The position numbers and the translations under genes were made by a program. Positions 38,089 to 51,055 of a DNA stretch of 64,000 nt are shown piece after piece. Numbering within the stretch: position 1 is the stretch's first letter; the number at the start of each line of letters is the position of its first letter. Source of the DNA: Massalongia carnosa (taxonomy: Eukaryota); assembly GCA_965645245.1 (NCBI GenBank), contig OZ287070.1, positions 310,001 to 374,000 on the forward strand. The letters run 5' to 3'. The notes below the pieces were generated by a model that was given only the letters and a program-made list of their open reading frames with translations, was not told where the DNA came from and searched no databases.

Positions 38089-39939
38089 TCAACCCCCATT
38101 CCCCCAAATCTGAACCCCACCCGCTGTATTTCCAACGCTCCACGCTGCCCTCAAAACCGCCAGCCCACCACTATGCATCTCAACGGTCCTGCCTGTCCCT
38201 TGGTCATTTAATTCCTCGGTCGCCTCCCGAAAAACAACAGCATTTGAATGAGCGGCATCCGCCAAATGACCCACCGAGTGGCTTTCTAGCGTAAGGTCGA
38301 CGGGAAGTCGCCACAGGGTGGTTCGTGGGATGCCAGCGTTGCGGTGATCGGTGGCTGCAGCCGGCATCACGGGATCCTCGTTTTCGTCGTGGATATCATC
38401 ACCCGGATGGCGAGAATGTCGACCCCACCACATCCCAAACCTCCCTTTACTGTCACGAGTGACGGCCGCAGCGCGCGCATTGTAGCGAACCCAGGCCGAA
38501 TAACCCTCACAGTTCCGTAAATGTTCCGAAGCCGCCTTCGGCGCCTGTACGTCGCCATCCAACGGCATGCAGAAGGCGGTTAGATGGTGGAAAAAGATGC
38601 CTTTGAAAGTTTGCCCGTCCTGGCTACAGGTCCCTTTCGCATCGCACGTGTCTTCGAGTACGCCGCCGCGGCCGAGGCCAGCCCAGCGCCATCCGTCCTC
38701 GGTATGTCGATGGTGCCAGCCGGTAGCCTTGATGACGTTTCTGATCAGGATGTGGCCGTCGGCAAGGTAGCGGGTGGAACCTGTGGCGGTGTATAGTCCC
38801 CGCATCCCGGATAAGATTACACCTTGGTTGTAAGTGTAGACCATCTCGTCTCGTATATCGCAATTCCCGCTGCCTTGACTGCCATTTTTCCCTCCCCGCC
38901 AGCCTCGGATGTGATATCCGTCCACGTAAAGGCCTTGGTCGTTTGTCATATTGCTTGCACTAAGCCAGTTATAAGCTTCGATTGCAGCGGCTAGATACTT
39001 CGGATCGCGAGCTTCTGCTGGCGGAACCCCTGTTGCTTGTTCGCAAACTTCTTTACGATAGAATGGCGAAGAATTATCATCGCCGGGGAAATATAGATAC
39101 ATGCCTATGCTCGCAGCGATGAACAATTGATTCGTGATGGCGTTCTTATAAGGGGCGAGGTAGGGGCTCCAGATCATACCGCCGCCACACAAAGAGGTAT
39201 TCCAGCCGTTGGATGCAAGGTCATAGAAGAGTCGAGCGCGATGCGCAAACTGAGGGATAAACTGCCGACCATACCATACTTCCACATCCGTATAATATCT
39301 ATCATCATCCCCTTCCTTAAAACTGCGATTTAACCTTGAATGCGAATTGATAAACTTGATGCTCTCCAGCCACCCCAACACCACCCAAAGCATATCGTCA
39401 AAAGCCTGCGACCTTAGGCTAAAATCATTTTCGCCAAAGTAATAGGCCGTGATTTGCGTAAAATATTGATTTATGAGATTCTCATACTTTCGCCTTGCCT
39501 TGACCCGTCCCAGACTCTCTTCGCATGTGAGCTGACCAAAATGATACGCAGTGAAGTCACTCATCGACGACAGAGTCGCCGAGATGTGCGTGCTCATCAC
39601 CGCTGCTGTCCAGTCGATAGCTTCAGGCCAGTTACCTACCCAAACCTCGAAGAACTGCGCCTGCATAACGCTGATGGCATCGACCAGCGCGGAGAAGAGC
39701 TCAACCCCGTCAAAAGGTTGTAAGGATGCAAAGTTAGACGAGCTAGGATTCTCGTTGTCCGAAGGTCGCAAGCTGTCATCCAAAACTGTCTGATCGATGC
39801 TCTTATAGTCAAGTCTTCGCTCAAATCCATCCTTTTCATGTTGAAGCATGTCAAACAGTCCCGCGAAAGCAGTCGATACCAAGGAAGGAGTTCCCAGATA
39901 CAAGAGTAGCATGATACCCACACGCCTGCCCGTCTCCAT
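38089..39939 (-). CDS. Glycoside hydrolase family 76 protein (secreted)
   Basis: Signal peptide; motifs IDWTAAV, QAFDDMLWVVLGW (catalytic DD), CGGGMIW, YKNAITNQL, YTYNQGVILSG, DGQTFKGIFFHHL. Confidence 0.92.
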   Translation of the reverse strand: METGRRVGIMLLLYLGTPSLVSTAFAGLFDMLQHEKDGFERRLDYKSIDQTVLDDSLRPSDNENPSSSNFASLQPFDGVELFSALVDAISVMQAQFFEVWVGNWPEAIDWTAAVMSTHISATLSSMSDFTAYHFGQLTCEESLGRVKARRKYENLINQYFTQITAYYFGENDFSLRSQAFDDMLWVVLGWLESIKFINSHSRLNRSFKEGDDDRYYTDVEVWYGRQFIPQFAHRARLFYDLASNGWNTSLCGGGMIWSPYLAPYKNAITNQLFIAASIGMYLYFPGDDNSSPFYRKEVCEQATGVPPAEARDPKYLAAAIEAYNWLSASNMTNDQGLYVDGYHIRGWRGGKNGSQGSGNCDIRDEMVYTYNQGVILSGMRGLYTATGSTRYLADGHILIRNVIKATGWHHRHTEDGWRWAGLGRGGVLEDTCDAKGTCSQDGQTFKGIFFHHLTAFCMPLDGDVQAPKAASEHLRNCEGYSAWVRYNARAAAVTRDSKGRFGMWWGRHSRHPGDDIHDENEDPVMPAAATDHRNAGIPRTTLWRLPVDLTLESHSVGHLADAAHSNAVVFREATEELNDQGTGRTVEMHSGGLAVLRAAWSVGNTAGGVQIWGNGG

Positions 39940-40291
39940 GAGAAATCGCCCAGCCGTGATCTAAGGTGGGGGGAGGACCCCGAAATTTAAGCAGCTGCCG
40001 ACAGCATGATTTAAATTGACAGCTGGTCCAAAGAAGAGCTGATAGACGTATGAGCTAACGGTCGGAATGAAGACTCTTAAAATCATGGTTTGCGGCATTG
40101 ATGTAGCTGTGAAGTGTGCAAACAATAACCGTAAAGTTCCTTAGACGTCTTTCATTGACGTCATGCTAAAATGCAAACTCCTTTCCTTAGCTATTGAGAA
40201 TGGGCTTGAGCATCTCTAAATCCTCAATGCAGCGGAGATTATCACAGCTTTCAAAAAAGACTTTATCATCCCCACTAGCAAAATACTAATT

Positions 40292-40382
40292 TGACAACTG
40301 AGGGATTCGAACCCTCGCTCTTTCGAACAGGTAGGATGTTGGAAGCCTGAAACCTGCGCCATAACCACTCGGCCAAGTTGCC
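40292..40382 (-). tRNA. tRNA-Leu(CAG) with 12-nt intron
   Basis: GGCAACT/AGTTGTC acceptor stem, D arm GCCGAGTGGTTATGGC, anticodon stem CAGGT/ACCTG with TT-CAG-G then intron CTTCCAACATCC, variable arm, T arm GAGGG-TTCGAAT-CCCTC, discriminator A. Confidence 0.92.
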
Positions 40383-41411
40383 TTAAAAATAAACGGGCCT
40401 TATTTAGTTATCTATTGATATGAATATTCGTGAAGCCCCATCAGCGATTGAAATACTCCACAACAAGCATACTTCAGAGGCCCAAATTTGAAGTCTAAGA
40501 GCAATACACATCTTTGATTCATATGATCTATCAGTATATGATCATTAAATCACATCAGTGCCTCCTTCAAACGCTTCGTAAATTTCGATAAATCCTTTCC
40601 AGAAGCCACAAGTATAGAAGGTTGAGAGAGTTGATGTTTTCAATGAAACTCATCAGCAGCGCAAGTTTTAAAAACAACAACTTGTCTAATACTCAAACCG
40701 AAGTCTAAAGTTGACCCAATGTACAGAGTTTGCAGCTAGTATCAATCAATGCAGAAGGACATGGGGCTGATAACAAGTGAAAGTATATCAGAGTATCCCT
40801 AGCCTAGGCGTTACCATGAACCTAAACATCCACTCTTAACTCGCGCTTAGCTCCATTAAATTCTTTCTTGTCTTGGGTTTTGAATTATAGGTTAAAGAGC
40901 GGAGTCAGAAGTGATGGTTAAACTGGGAGACTGCGACGTCTATTGAAAATGAATTCGTAGGCATGATACGTTAAGGAAGACCTCAACCAAGAACTTTCCC
41001 GCAGACTAAGCGTCCTCCCTGTAAGGAGGGAATAAGAAGGAAAAGAATCGGGAGCCATGTTGGCTCTTCCCCAAATGGCAGATGCTGGCACAGAAGCTGC
41101 TCGCTATAAAATTGAGCTGTAGACCTGAGAGCAGAGCAAACAGCTATTCAGCAGTATTGGAGAAGTAACCGAGCAAGAGGTTTAGGTTCCCATACTAAGA
41201 TGAGATGGTTTGAGTTTAGATATTGATGTTACCAAATTCACAAGTCAGCGTCATATGCTTCACCAAGAATTTATCCGAGAGCCATCCGCACGAACAGCGT
41301 TCTCCCATTTCCATAAATCCGTTGAGGTTGGATATATCGGGTCATACCATCGGGTGGAACGGACACTATACTCTGCCTGCAGCAGTAGCTCCAGAGTACA
41401 TCTTCCAGACT

Positions 41412-42174
41412 TCACCCTTTAGGCTCCCTCCAACCAATCGGGATCAGAGCGGCGGCTACATCACCCACTCCACGTTCAGTCGCAAGCAGATTGAATTGAG
41501 CGGCCGCATTCCGAGTATCTTGAACTTCCACCCGGATTCCAAGTGAGTTTATGTGTTTTTTTGTTTCTGGAGCAATTGGATGCATGAAAGGCCCAAGGCC
41601 TAGGATCAGAAGATCTGTATATCCTCGATCAGCTGTGACTTCGCACTCCAACGGGTACATATTTGCCATCCTCACCCGGTTTCGGCCATAGCAGATCCAG
41701 CAGTCCCCAAGCATCCTTCTCCACATCCCACTGCCCTTTCCTGTTGATCATTCGGCCTTTCCCCGGTGCTCCCGCCCTGTTGCCTGCCAACCAAGGTTTC
41801 CACGAAAATGCTTCACCTCCTACCAGCAAACAACCGCTGCCTCCAGTAATCTTTACTCCATTGTCTAAATGAAACCCATCACTCAGGCAGGCGTCAATCG
41901 CAGTGGTTGGTGGAGGTGTATTGCCCAAAACGTCCAGAGAACCGAAATCAGTTTGCGTGTCTTCTTGTGAGATAGGGCCGCGGTCTCTTGAATGAATGGA
42001 GGATGGTATGCCAGAAGGGGATGTGGAGGAGTACGAGCGCAGTCTTCTTGATTCGTGCGTATGATGAAGTGGTAAGCAACGTATTGGGGAAGGAGTATGT
42101 CCTGCTGGGAGGTGTGTGTAGATGTACTCCGTCGCTCTGATCGCTCGGAGTAATTGTAGGCTTGGAGGAGGCAT
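41412..42174 (-). CDS. NDUFAF3/Mth938 (DUF498) domain protein, likely mitochondrial complex I assembly factor (2 exons)
   Basis: Arg-rich presequence-like N-terminus; PTTAIDACLSDGFHL, WPKP/DLLILGLG, LGIRVEVQDTRNAAAQFNLLATERG..VAAALIP. Confidence 0.9.
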
Positions 42175-44783
42175 GATGGACGTACAAAGAAACAAGGCTT
42201 GCGAAAAGATATGTTATCCCGAGACTCCGAAGGCACGTCGAAACAAGGTCATTGACTATTCTATGTATTTACATCTCTTAAAACATACTTTTCACAAATC
42301 AAGGTCTATATTAAAACCAATGAACCCTCTCATCGATCGTGATTGATTCTAAAGTAATATTCAGTTTAACATCTAATTATCAGAGACCTTTCAACATCAA
42401 GAATTGAATCTCAGCTTTACTAATTATTCTATCAACACCATTTCAAGAATCTCATTATAAGCGTCTTTAAATCCATTGCTATTTGATCCTTCGTCACATC
42501 ATTTCTACAAAACCCTCTTAAAAATCCCGTATGGAAGAGTTCAAATAATGTTGAACCGGGCACATCCAAGAGAAACAAGCGGTGGATGGCCAGGAAAACC
42601 TTGAACAAAGGCAGAATTTATAAATGCAATCCCGTTATACGTTCATTGAGGTTTTCACATGGGCAACCTAAGATCTTAATCGAGAGGTCTAGAGAGAATG
42701 GGGAAATGCTCGAAGAAAGTCACTCGAGCTCCTTGTCGGACATTAACCCGAAGAAAGAACCACCCAACCCGTCAAGCCGCAAGAGGCGTAGAACTTATTA
42801 TGACGATTTATCTTCAGCTTTTCTGCTCGGGTTCTCCGTCAATCTGGCAGGCAAACCATGACTCTAGATATGCTCTAAATCCTGAAGATGCGGTTGTATG
42901 CGCTGTATTCTGATCCTAGTTGCGCATGTTTTGGATAAACCATAGGATATATCTAGTGAGTTATCTCGTTATCACAGGGCAAGTTCTCTCTGCAGTTTCT
43001 CTCGTTAGTCTGTGTCTATTGTTGTTGGCATGCCAGACTCTGCTGCTTCTTTTTCTCGAGGTTCCCAAATGCCAGGCTTCTTGATTATACCCTCATCCCT
43101 TTGGCCCTGGCAACATTGGAGATCTAGATTGTCCGCTCCTACCTCCAGTGACCTCATTTTTACCTATTTCTCTTTCTATAATTATCTCTACCACCACTAT
43201 CGCAATATGCATTATATACGGTGTCTCAGCCTCAACATTCGACCTCCACAGATCATCTCAGAACAAGCGCGCCACAATAGCCAGAAACATGATCGAACTC
43301 AGAAGTCCCCAAATTTAGATTCTTTTCGCATCTGAATACAAAACCTAAAAGACTAGAATAAAAGTACCTACTTCGGGCGAAAGCTCCTCTTTCCCTAACC
43401 CTTGATGCAGGAACAACCCACGCGGGCCGCACCGACGCCTTCTTGTCTATCACCCTCCCATCATTTCTGTCATTAAAAATCTCCTTAGCCTTCCCTCCTC
43501 CATCTTGACCTTTCATACTCAGCATCGATCTGCCCTCCCCACCCCAGTTAATTTATCCTTCGCCGCAGCATTCGACCATACCCAAGGCGCTCTTACAGCA
43601 AATGCTTTTGACAACCCCCTAGGCCAGTTCCGGGGGAGATAGGGCGGGAATGTTGTTGGGAAATTTGAGATTTGGAAAAGGAGAGGGAGCTTTGAGGATT
43701 GAAAAGGCGATTTTCAAAAACTGAAATAATAAAACAACGAAAAATCCAAAGATTGACACCTCATTATCCATATCGCGAATTTGCTCAAACAACTCAAACT
43801 CAAATTCTTCCCTCCTCTCCCCGCATTCCCCAAACAGGCCAATTCCAGTTTGGAGCCACCTCCAAGCCCTCGACCCGATATCGCCAGCCTTGATAACATG
43901 AACCCATAAAAAAATGTCCCAGGCCCAAAACGAAAGAATCGAAAAGATGCCGCCTTATAAAGGTTCGGAAGAAAAAACATCAATTAGATAAATCATCCCG
44001 ATAGATGGTGGATATTTTTACCTGCTCCTCACCGCTCGCTACATAGCGTTTCCTTCGTTGAGCACATCCATCTACTTATCTAGCTCTAGCTCTAGCAGGA
44101 ATAGATAGATAGACAGATAGTTATTTACCTACCCAGCAGGTGTCTCTCTTCCACTCCTCATTTCCCATGCCTCCTCCCCATCCATCCCTTTCTTTTCTTC
44201 CTTCATAAGTACTTATACATACTATGCTTTGCTTCGCTTTGCCCACACGCCTCATCCCCTACCCCTCAAGTTTTTCGTCCCTCTCTCGCGCTGCTGTGCA
44301 CCCGTTCCCTGTTATGTAAGATGAATAAATAGGCAATTCACGCAAATCCTCTGTTTGTCCATTCAAATCTCCAAACCACATAATATATCTCTAATCATCT
44401 ATCCGATTCGAATATTAAACCAAGCCCTACGCTTCAATCCACCAATCCTTGATGTATTCATCCACCCCTCCATCCAGCAAATTACCTAGGTCTCTAATCA
44501 TCTATCTTATCATCTACGCATCCATCCATATACCTAAACAGCCCCTTTGGATTCATCCATCCACCTACCTATCTATCTATCAACGCAGGCAAACAAGCCA
44601 AACGGACGAAACGAAAAATGACAAAACAAAACAAAACTGTAGCGAAATCATGTATATAGATATATATTTTTTTAAATAAAAACACCTAAATGAACATATA
44701 GAACTAATAACGATAATGTTGATTACTGTGTAAGATAACTTTTTTCGGGCTAAAAGGATGTCTTGTATTCTAGATGGTATCTA

Positions 44784-44805
44784 GGGGGGGGGGGGGGGGG
44801 GGGGG
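44784..44805. repeat. Poly-G tract (G22)
   Basis: Homopolymer; similar C/G runs at ~22973, ~36434 and ~52621. Confidence 0.9.
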
Positions 44806-45397
44806 CGTGGTTGTAGATCAATGAAGTATTGAAGGAAATGGGGGGGGAAACACACAGTTCATGATGAATGATGATCACTCGTCCGTCTATTCATTACGAC
44901 GTACTTAATCATACTCGTCCAGCGGTTCCCCCCTTCGCCTCTCCCTTCCTGCCCAACAAAAAACTCCAAGTCTCCAGTCCCCGCATGGAAAAAAAATGAG
45001 AGGAGATAACACCTCAACCGCCCACTTAAACCATGTCTGGTACATGAGAGCCACCAACCGACCGGGGTGTTCTATAAGTGAGAAACACTTGCGTGTGACA
45101 GAGGAGTCCATCCATCCATTCATCCATTCACCTGTGCGGTAGACATCGCGAGGAAACCATGGAAACCAATACGGAGATAACCGCCCACTAGAGTGAAAAG
45201 CATGAATACTCTGGTAGAAAAAAAACGACAACCAACTCCGTAATGGAAACATTGATACTCGAAGGAAAGATAAGCTAATAGCCCCCCCCGGGAATTCATA
45301 CCTTTCCCACGTTTCTAGAAATACGTGAAAAGATGATTCCGAGAGGCCGAGGCAAGTTGCAATTCCAACACTAGAGGCTGGAGGAGCCGGAAATGGG

Positions 45398-48304
45398 TCA
45401 AGCCGAATGCTCAAAATCCGACGGTCCCAGAATCTCGGCGAAAACGACATCGCCGTTCGCCGCAAAACCAGGCTCTTCAACACATGCCGCAGCGCCTGAA
45501 TCCTTATACGGTTGTGGTCGTTTAATCCCTGGACTTGGGCCGCAGTGCTTGATCGGACAGGACTTCCGACGGCTCTCGGCTTCGGGCTGACGATGGGGCA
45601 CATCATGCATCAGAGGGCAGATCGTATCCACAAGGAGGCTGCCAGGACCGTGTTTGATGGCCACACCGACCGCGAGAACGATGGCGAGGGAAAAATGAAA
45701 CCAGAGACGACAGGTGCGACGTGAAGATGGTTCTTCGCATTCATGGCATGGGAAGAGATGAGGCTCAACTCTCGGTGCAGATGACATGGTCACATCTACA
45801 TCCGGCGCATGTCCAGGAGACCACCTCCGAAACGGCTGCCGCTGAGGAAATTCATGGGCATCGGCGTACGTCCCACCGCCGTGGTCGGAAAGATAATGCT
45901 CCGCGGTCCTCATCCTGCTGGCTGACGGAGAAAAATACGGCCAATTGAAACCGGTCGGAGGGTTCTCCTCAACTGTCGTTCCGTCAGCCGCACATTCCCT
46001 CGCTTGCCTGTACGATCCGAAAACCAGACCTATAAGCCACCATCCGATTCCTCCCAATCTCGTCGAACCCAACGTCCACGCGTTGTGCAGTAACCGATGG
46101 GCTAAAACCACGGGGTCTTGCTTCACGCGGGACATCAAGCTGGTGAGCCTGGAGATGATACCATAAGCACCCCCCGAAGCCATGGCGGTGGATGGCATAG
46201 GCCTTGAAGGGGATTCCGCACAATCATGCTGTCTCCCTGCTTTTGGCGTGTCATCGGATTCGGTGGACAACCCTTCCTGGGAGAGGAATATGTTTGGCAG
46301 ATCAGGCGCGGTTTGAGCAGGATCGGAGCTGCCTGCGAGCGTTTCGTCGTCACCCTCGTCTTCCATCACAGGAATGAGACCATCTTCGAAATGATTTGGA
46401 CTCAACATGTTTGCGATCTCCAGCTCTTTCTCGAGGCTTAACGGTCGTCTTCGCTTAGGCGTTTGCGTCTCTTCACGAGGCTCGAAATGGTCTTCCGAAA
46501 ACGCAGCAGGAGAATATCTAATTGATGCTTCAGAAAACCGATCGATATGCGTTAGTTTTCCCTCCAGCGCTCTCAGCGTTTGTTGTTGAGTCCAGGTCGC
46601 AGATCTTTGACGACAGGATGAGGTTGGCGTGGAGAGCGGGGAACTGAAATCGTATTTCGACAAGAATGCAGTCGTTGGATCCAACGAAGCGCAAGAAAAA
46701 TCCCGCTGCGATAAACCCGGAGATGTATGAATCGGTGCTGACGCTGGTAGGGATAGTGTCACAGCGGTTTTCGGAAGAATCAAAGGCTTAAGAGCGCAGG
46801 AACCAGAAGGAAAGCGACGCATCTTTCGCGGACGATTGGCCGACTTTGTCTGGCATTCGGATTCTATGCTTACGGACAAGCCTCCTGGAGATCGCAAAGC
46901 AAAGGACGAGTCGGACTGAATGGAAGTTGGTCTGGTTGGACACGAGGGTATCGAACGAAACGAGACTGATGCTCCTGGGGTAAAGCCATCTTGCGTTGCC
47001 CCAGCATGACATTCAGCGGAATCGTCTTTTTCGTCCGCTTCGGTGAGCCGATTGATCTCTATAAGAGGTTCCGACACGTTAGACGTGGATGCAAAACGTT
47101 GAGAGGACCAGAATGATGCTTCTGCGTTGGTGTTTAAAGATAACCGCACGCCTCCGGGCGAAGAAGGCAACCCAGGAAGCATCGATATTGGCCGTGGCCC
47201 TCGCTTCATCGGGTCTCCCTTGCCGGGTGAGGACGCCGCGGAGCAAAGCTCGAGCTTCGTCGGGGATTGGACCAATAGACTGGTCAGAACATCGATTCTC
47301 TTCTCCAGGTTCAGATTCACTTCTTCGAGCCCCTCCGCCTCCTTGACCTTGGCCCGCATGCTATCCAACTCCCACTCGAGTTCCCTCATCTTCACGTCTT
47401 TCATCTCCATCTCGTCTTCCAACAACTGCAGGCGCGATCTCATCCCTGTTTCCAGCCCCATGCGTTGATCCACCTCTTCCTTCACTCTTTCGGCAAAACG
47501 GGTTTCCCAATCGGACACCTCCTGGCGCAAAGAACGTGACTCTACCGTAAGCGCCTTCACCTTGGTGGTACGAGCCTTGTTTACAGTCGGGGACATTAGC
47601 GAGTCTAGCTTTGTGTTCACGGCGGTGAGTTGGCCCTCAAGATGTTCAATATACTTGGCGGCCTCGGAGCTGGTGGATCGAACGTTGGACGGATTTCCCT
47701 TGCGGCTCTTAACCTGCCTGCCTAAAGGCGAGCTTAATGGTGCAGGAGGGTTTTCATTCCCCGAACGTTCCCGGAGCTTTAACATCTTGATCGGCATCGT
47801 ATTTGCCGGCGAGGGTGAGCGGTTGCTGGTTGTCTCGTTGTGCCATGACAGCCCAGTCTCGCCGCTGGTGTGCATCGTTGCACCGCTGTCCTGAAAAATG
47901 GCTCCAAATCCTGGCCGGGGTGAGATGCGTCTCCGACGCGTGGAGTTGTGAACCTCCTGTAAGATATTGGCGGGGTTTGGAGGCAACTCCTCTCCGTACA
48001 GCGTTCGACGTTCCAATGTTCTGGGAGAGTTTTCGTCGTTGACCGGTCGTATGAACGGGTCGGTCACTTGGGGTGCAGCACCAAAGATGGGACTTATTCG
48101 CCGGCTAGGGATGAGCACACCTCGAAAGCCTGCATTGCGCAATTGAAGCCGCCGGGTCTGCTGACTCAAACTTTCGTGAGGCCAGGGCGAAGCCAGTGTG
48201 GCGTTGGACACGGCTGTTATCGTCGACGACGTGGGCGAGGATCGAGGGGACTGATGATGTGTAACGATGCGGGATCCATCTGGCAACGGGCACGTAGACT
48301 CCAT
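45398..48304 (-). CDS. Uncharacterised 968-aa protein with central coiled coil, S/P-rich disordered regions and C-terminal hydrophobic segments
   Basis: Long intronless ORF; heptad-rich region AKYIEHLE...LEKRIDVLTSLL; hydrophobic GGIGWWLIGLVFG and LWFHFSLAIVLAVGVAIKHGPGSLL. Confidence 0.85.
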   Translation of the reverse strand: MESTCPLPDGSRIVTHHQSPRSSPTSSTITAVSNATLASPWPHESLSQQTRRLQLRNAGFRGVLIPSRRISPIFGAAPQVTDPFIRPVNDENSPRTLERRTLYGEELPPNPANILQEVHNSTRRRRISPRPGFGAIFQDSGATMHTSGETGLSWHNETTSNRSPSPANTMPIKMLKLRERSGNENPPAPLSSPLGRQVKSRKGNPSNVRSTSSEAAKYIEHLEGQLTAVNTKLDSLMSPTVNKARTTKVKALTVESRSLRQEVSDWETRFAERVKEEVDQRMGLETGMRSRLQLLEDEMEMKDVKMRELEWELDSMRAKVKEAEGLEEVNLNLEKRIDVLTSLLVQSPTKLELCSAASSPGKGDPMKRGPRPISMLPGLPSSPGGVRLSLNTNAEASFWSSQRFASTSNVSEPLIEINRLTEADEKDDSAECHAGATQDGFTPGASVSFRSIPSCPTRPTSIQSDSSFALRSPGGLSVSIESECQTKSANRPRKMRRFPSGSCALKPLILPKTAVTLSLPASAPIHTSPGLSQRDFSCASLDPTTAFLSKYDFSSPLSTPTSSCRQRSATWTQQQTLRALEGKLTHIDRFSEASIRYSPAAFSEDHFEPREETQTPKRRRPLSLEKELEIANMLSPNHFEDGLIPVMEDEGDDETLAGSSDPAQTAPDLPNIFLSQEGLSTESDDTPKAGRQHDCAESPSRPMPSTAMASGGAYGIISRLTSLMSRVKQDPVVLAHRLLHNAWTLGSTRLGGIGWWLIGLVFGSYRQARECAADGTTVEENPPTGFNWPYFSPSASRMRTAEHYLSDHGGGTYADAHEFPQRQPFRRWSPGHAPDVDVTMSSAPRVEPHLFPCHECEEPSSRRTCRLWFHFSLAIVLAVGVAIKHGPGSLLVDTICPLMHDVPHRQPEAESRRKSCPIKHCGPSPGIKRPQPYKDSGAAACVEEPGFAANGDVVFAEILGPSDFEHSA

Positions 48305-50045
48305 TAGGCGAAGAATGCTGTTATAATTGCTCTCTGGTCCATTCCTCGCGCTGGACTAAGCACGTCAGCCATAGACCGAAGGGATCAATGGCGTTGCATG
48401 GCATTCCTCAGCAGACGCGAAGGTATTCGGTATTCTCTCGAGCAACGGAGAGCTGGATATTTGGGGGGAGAAGATGCACTCAATACCTATGTATGAAGAC
48501 CACGAGCTCCAATAACGATGTGGATGTAGTTACTTCGTATTGGGTAACGGTTACGCAGGTGTTCTGTATGGGCGGATATCCGATCTCCCTCAAGCGCTCG
48601 GCTTTTTTGACGTCGTTTGTTTACATGTTTCAGTTTCAGTCAACCTCGGGGAGTACGGAGTAACGTCCATAGAAGACGCACACGTGACATAGCACAAGAC
48701 GAATCGTGATTATGTAACCCCGCTTCCAAGCCGCCCATCCGTACCGAGTACTCCAAAAGCTCACTCGATATCGGATTATTTTATCAGTAACACCCAACTC
48801 GGTATGGACGTGAAGTTATCGCCGCTTCGTTAGCAGAAGGAGTACTTTTTGCAGAGTCTTGCAGATGAGCGAGGAGTGTGGCATTCGAGATAGCCAGAGA
48901 ACAGGTTGGTTAAACCGCGTACAGAGTTCCTACCTGTTCGTACTCCTTGGCCCTCCTCCAAACCGTTGCACTTCTCACCGCCAGGATGGAGGAGGAGCGG
49001 TGGGTGGTTCATGTATCTGTTGCTTCCACGAAGTGCAACCTCCGTCGTGAGCTCCATTCATTCTCACCCGAGGTTTTCGGTTCCAGGCCGAGGGCGGCAA
49101 GTGGGTGTTCCCCTTGAGACGTGATCCCGCGGGTCGTTTAGGGAAGCGTCAGATCGCGCCGTTAATGCCGTTATCAATCTTCTTTCCGTTCCCTTGTCGA
49201 GTCATCCAGCTAATTAACCACCAACGAGACAGTCTGGGCGGATGACATGAACTCTCACGCGCCTTCCCCAAAGCATCCCGTTCCTACTCGGTACTTGGTG
49301 CTCTGTACTGGTCCAATCCTCGTTCCATCCTCGCTCCATCCTCGTCCCTCTGCAGCAGGACTTCTGACTCCAAGCGTAACCGAGACAGGGCATCGCAGGG
49401 CATCGCGTGCTCTGTAGCCTCACAACATCACGAAGAACCGGTGTACTTCTGTCACCTCTTGTTACTCTGTAGCCAAATTAAGCTCACGACCGGGTTACTC
49501 CAGGAAGATTCCGAGCGTAAGGCTGTATGTACCCAGTAATCATCATCGAAGCCTGTTCGGGACTAACTCTATACGACTTAAAGTGATGGGGTGATGCCGT
49601 GATGGGGAAGCTTAACGCCGACCCCTGGAGATTACCGACTTTAAGATTGCATCGAGGCCCCATACCACCAATCACCGTCTCGCAAAGTACTACGCCCCGC
49701 CACAAACGGGCCAACTTCTTATATTCCCCCAATTCCCCCAATTTGCCTTAGCGAAGGGCGCTTCCACAGCGAGAGCGCAAAAGGGGCTATGGACGGCATG
49801 GAATGACCTCGAGCCATCCTCCCGCCTTTTCCTCGTTCCTCTACATCTACTCTCACACAGCCTCACTCGTTCTTTGCTCTTGTCCAACTTCAGTCGCTCT
49901 TTAGCAATCCGTCGGTGATCCCCTTCAAACCATAGACCTCTTTCGTCGTTGTCACTCCTTGAATCGAATTCGCAACCTCACATAAACCCCCCAGAAAGAG
50001 CAGAACTTTTCCATTTCACATTCCATCGCCATCATCTTCATTACA

Positions 50046-51055
50046 ATGCATTTCTCCACAGCGACCATTTTGGCTACAGCATTTGCGGGCCTTGTCTCTG
50101 CGTGCTCTCAGCCGCCGGTGGGAGCGAACCCAAGTGGTAACCCTATCGCGCTTCCCACGCTCAACCAAGCCGTCGAAGCTGGAAAACCCTTTACCATTAC
50201 GTGGAATGTGAGAAAATCCCCATCGCGCCATCCCTTGCATCCCTTTCGCGAAACAACAGAATGCTGACCAACCCGCAGCCCACGACGCCAGGAAAGGTGT
50301 CCATCGTCCTCCTTCGAGGACCTTCGGAGAACGTGATCCCCATCGACTGCCTTGCCGACTCCATCCCCAACACCGGCACATTCTCATGGACGCCTTCGAC
50401 CTCGCTGACCCCGGACGTGACTCACTACGGTCTCCAGATCATCGTAACCGGCACCGGTCAATTCCAATACTCGACGCAATTCGGCATCTCCAACCCCGGT
50501 TTCTCGTCTAAGTCGGCCAGCATTGCGCCCACCACCGCAGCACGAACAAGCGCCGTGCCCGCCAGTTCTGCGCCCGCCAAGACATCCGGCAAGCCCGTCA
50601 CCCAAATCTCCGACGGCCAGCTCCAAGTGCCAACCGCGCTTCCTTCCGTCTCGTCCTCCGCCTCATCTGCCGCAATCTCTTCCGCACCGGTATCCTCTCA
50701 CGCCGTGATCATCCCGTCGCTCTCGCCCTACCCCAGCGCCAACTCCACTGCGATCTCGTACAAACCGACCAATACCGCCCCCAGCGCCTCATTTAGCGCT
50801 CGCCCGGTCTACAGCTCCGGCACGCCCAACAACGCCACGCGCCTGTTGCCCTCGAAGGCGATGACCGTCCCTCAGTCGCTCCGCACCCAGACCGCCACCA
50901 AGGGCGTTGTGGCTCCCAGCCCCACCACCAGCAAAAGCGGAAGTGGTGCTGGGACTCCCACCCCTGTAACCGCGAACCCCAACGGCGCCGGCAAGGCGTT
51001 TGCCGCTGGTGGCGTTCTTGGTGCCGTGGGCCTGGTTATCGCGCTGATGATGTAA
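50046..51055 (+). CDS. Ser/Thr-rich GPI-anchored cell wall protein, Kre9/KNH-like N-terminal domain plus one PIR repeat (intron 50208-50278)
   Basis: Signal peptide; GNPIALP...AGKPFTITWNPTT.GKVSIVLLRGP...IPNTGTFSWTP...YGLQII...QFQYSTQFGI; VTQISDGQLQVPT; hydrophobic C-terminal tail. Confidence 0.9.

Noticed and set aside
40292..40382. Reading the tRNA anticodon as TCA (Sec/suppressor), which would fit the in-frame TGA in paralog B
   Set aside because: Stem register CAGGT/ACCTG places CAG at 34-36 with G37, and the Leu-type arms and A73 indicate ordinary tRNA-Leu(CAG).
44905..45606. 233-aa minus-strand ORF overlapping the end of the coiled-coil gene
   Set aside because: Alternative frame running into 3' UTR/low-complexity sequence; no recognisable protein features.
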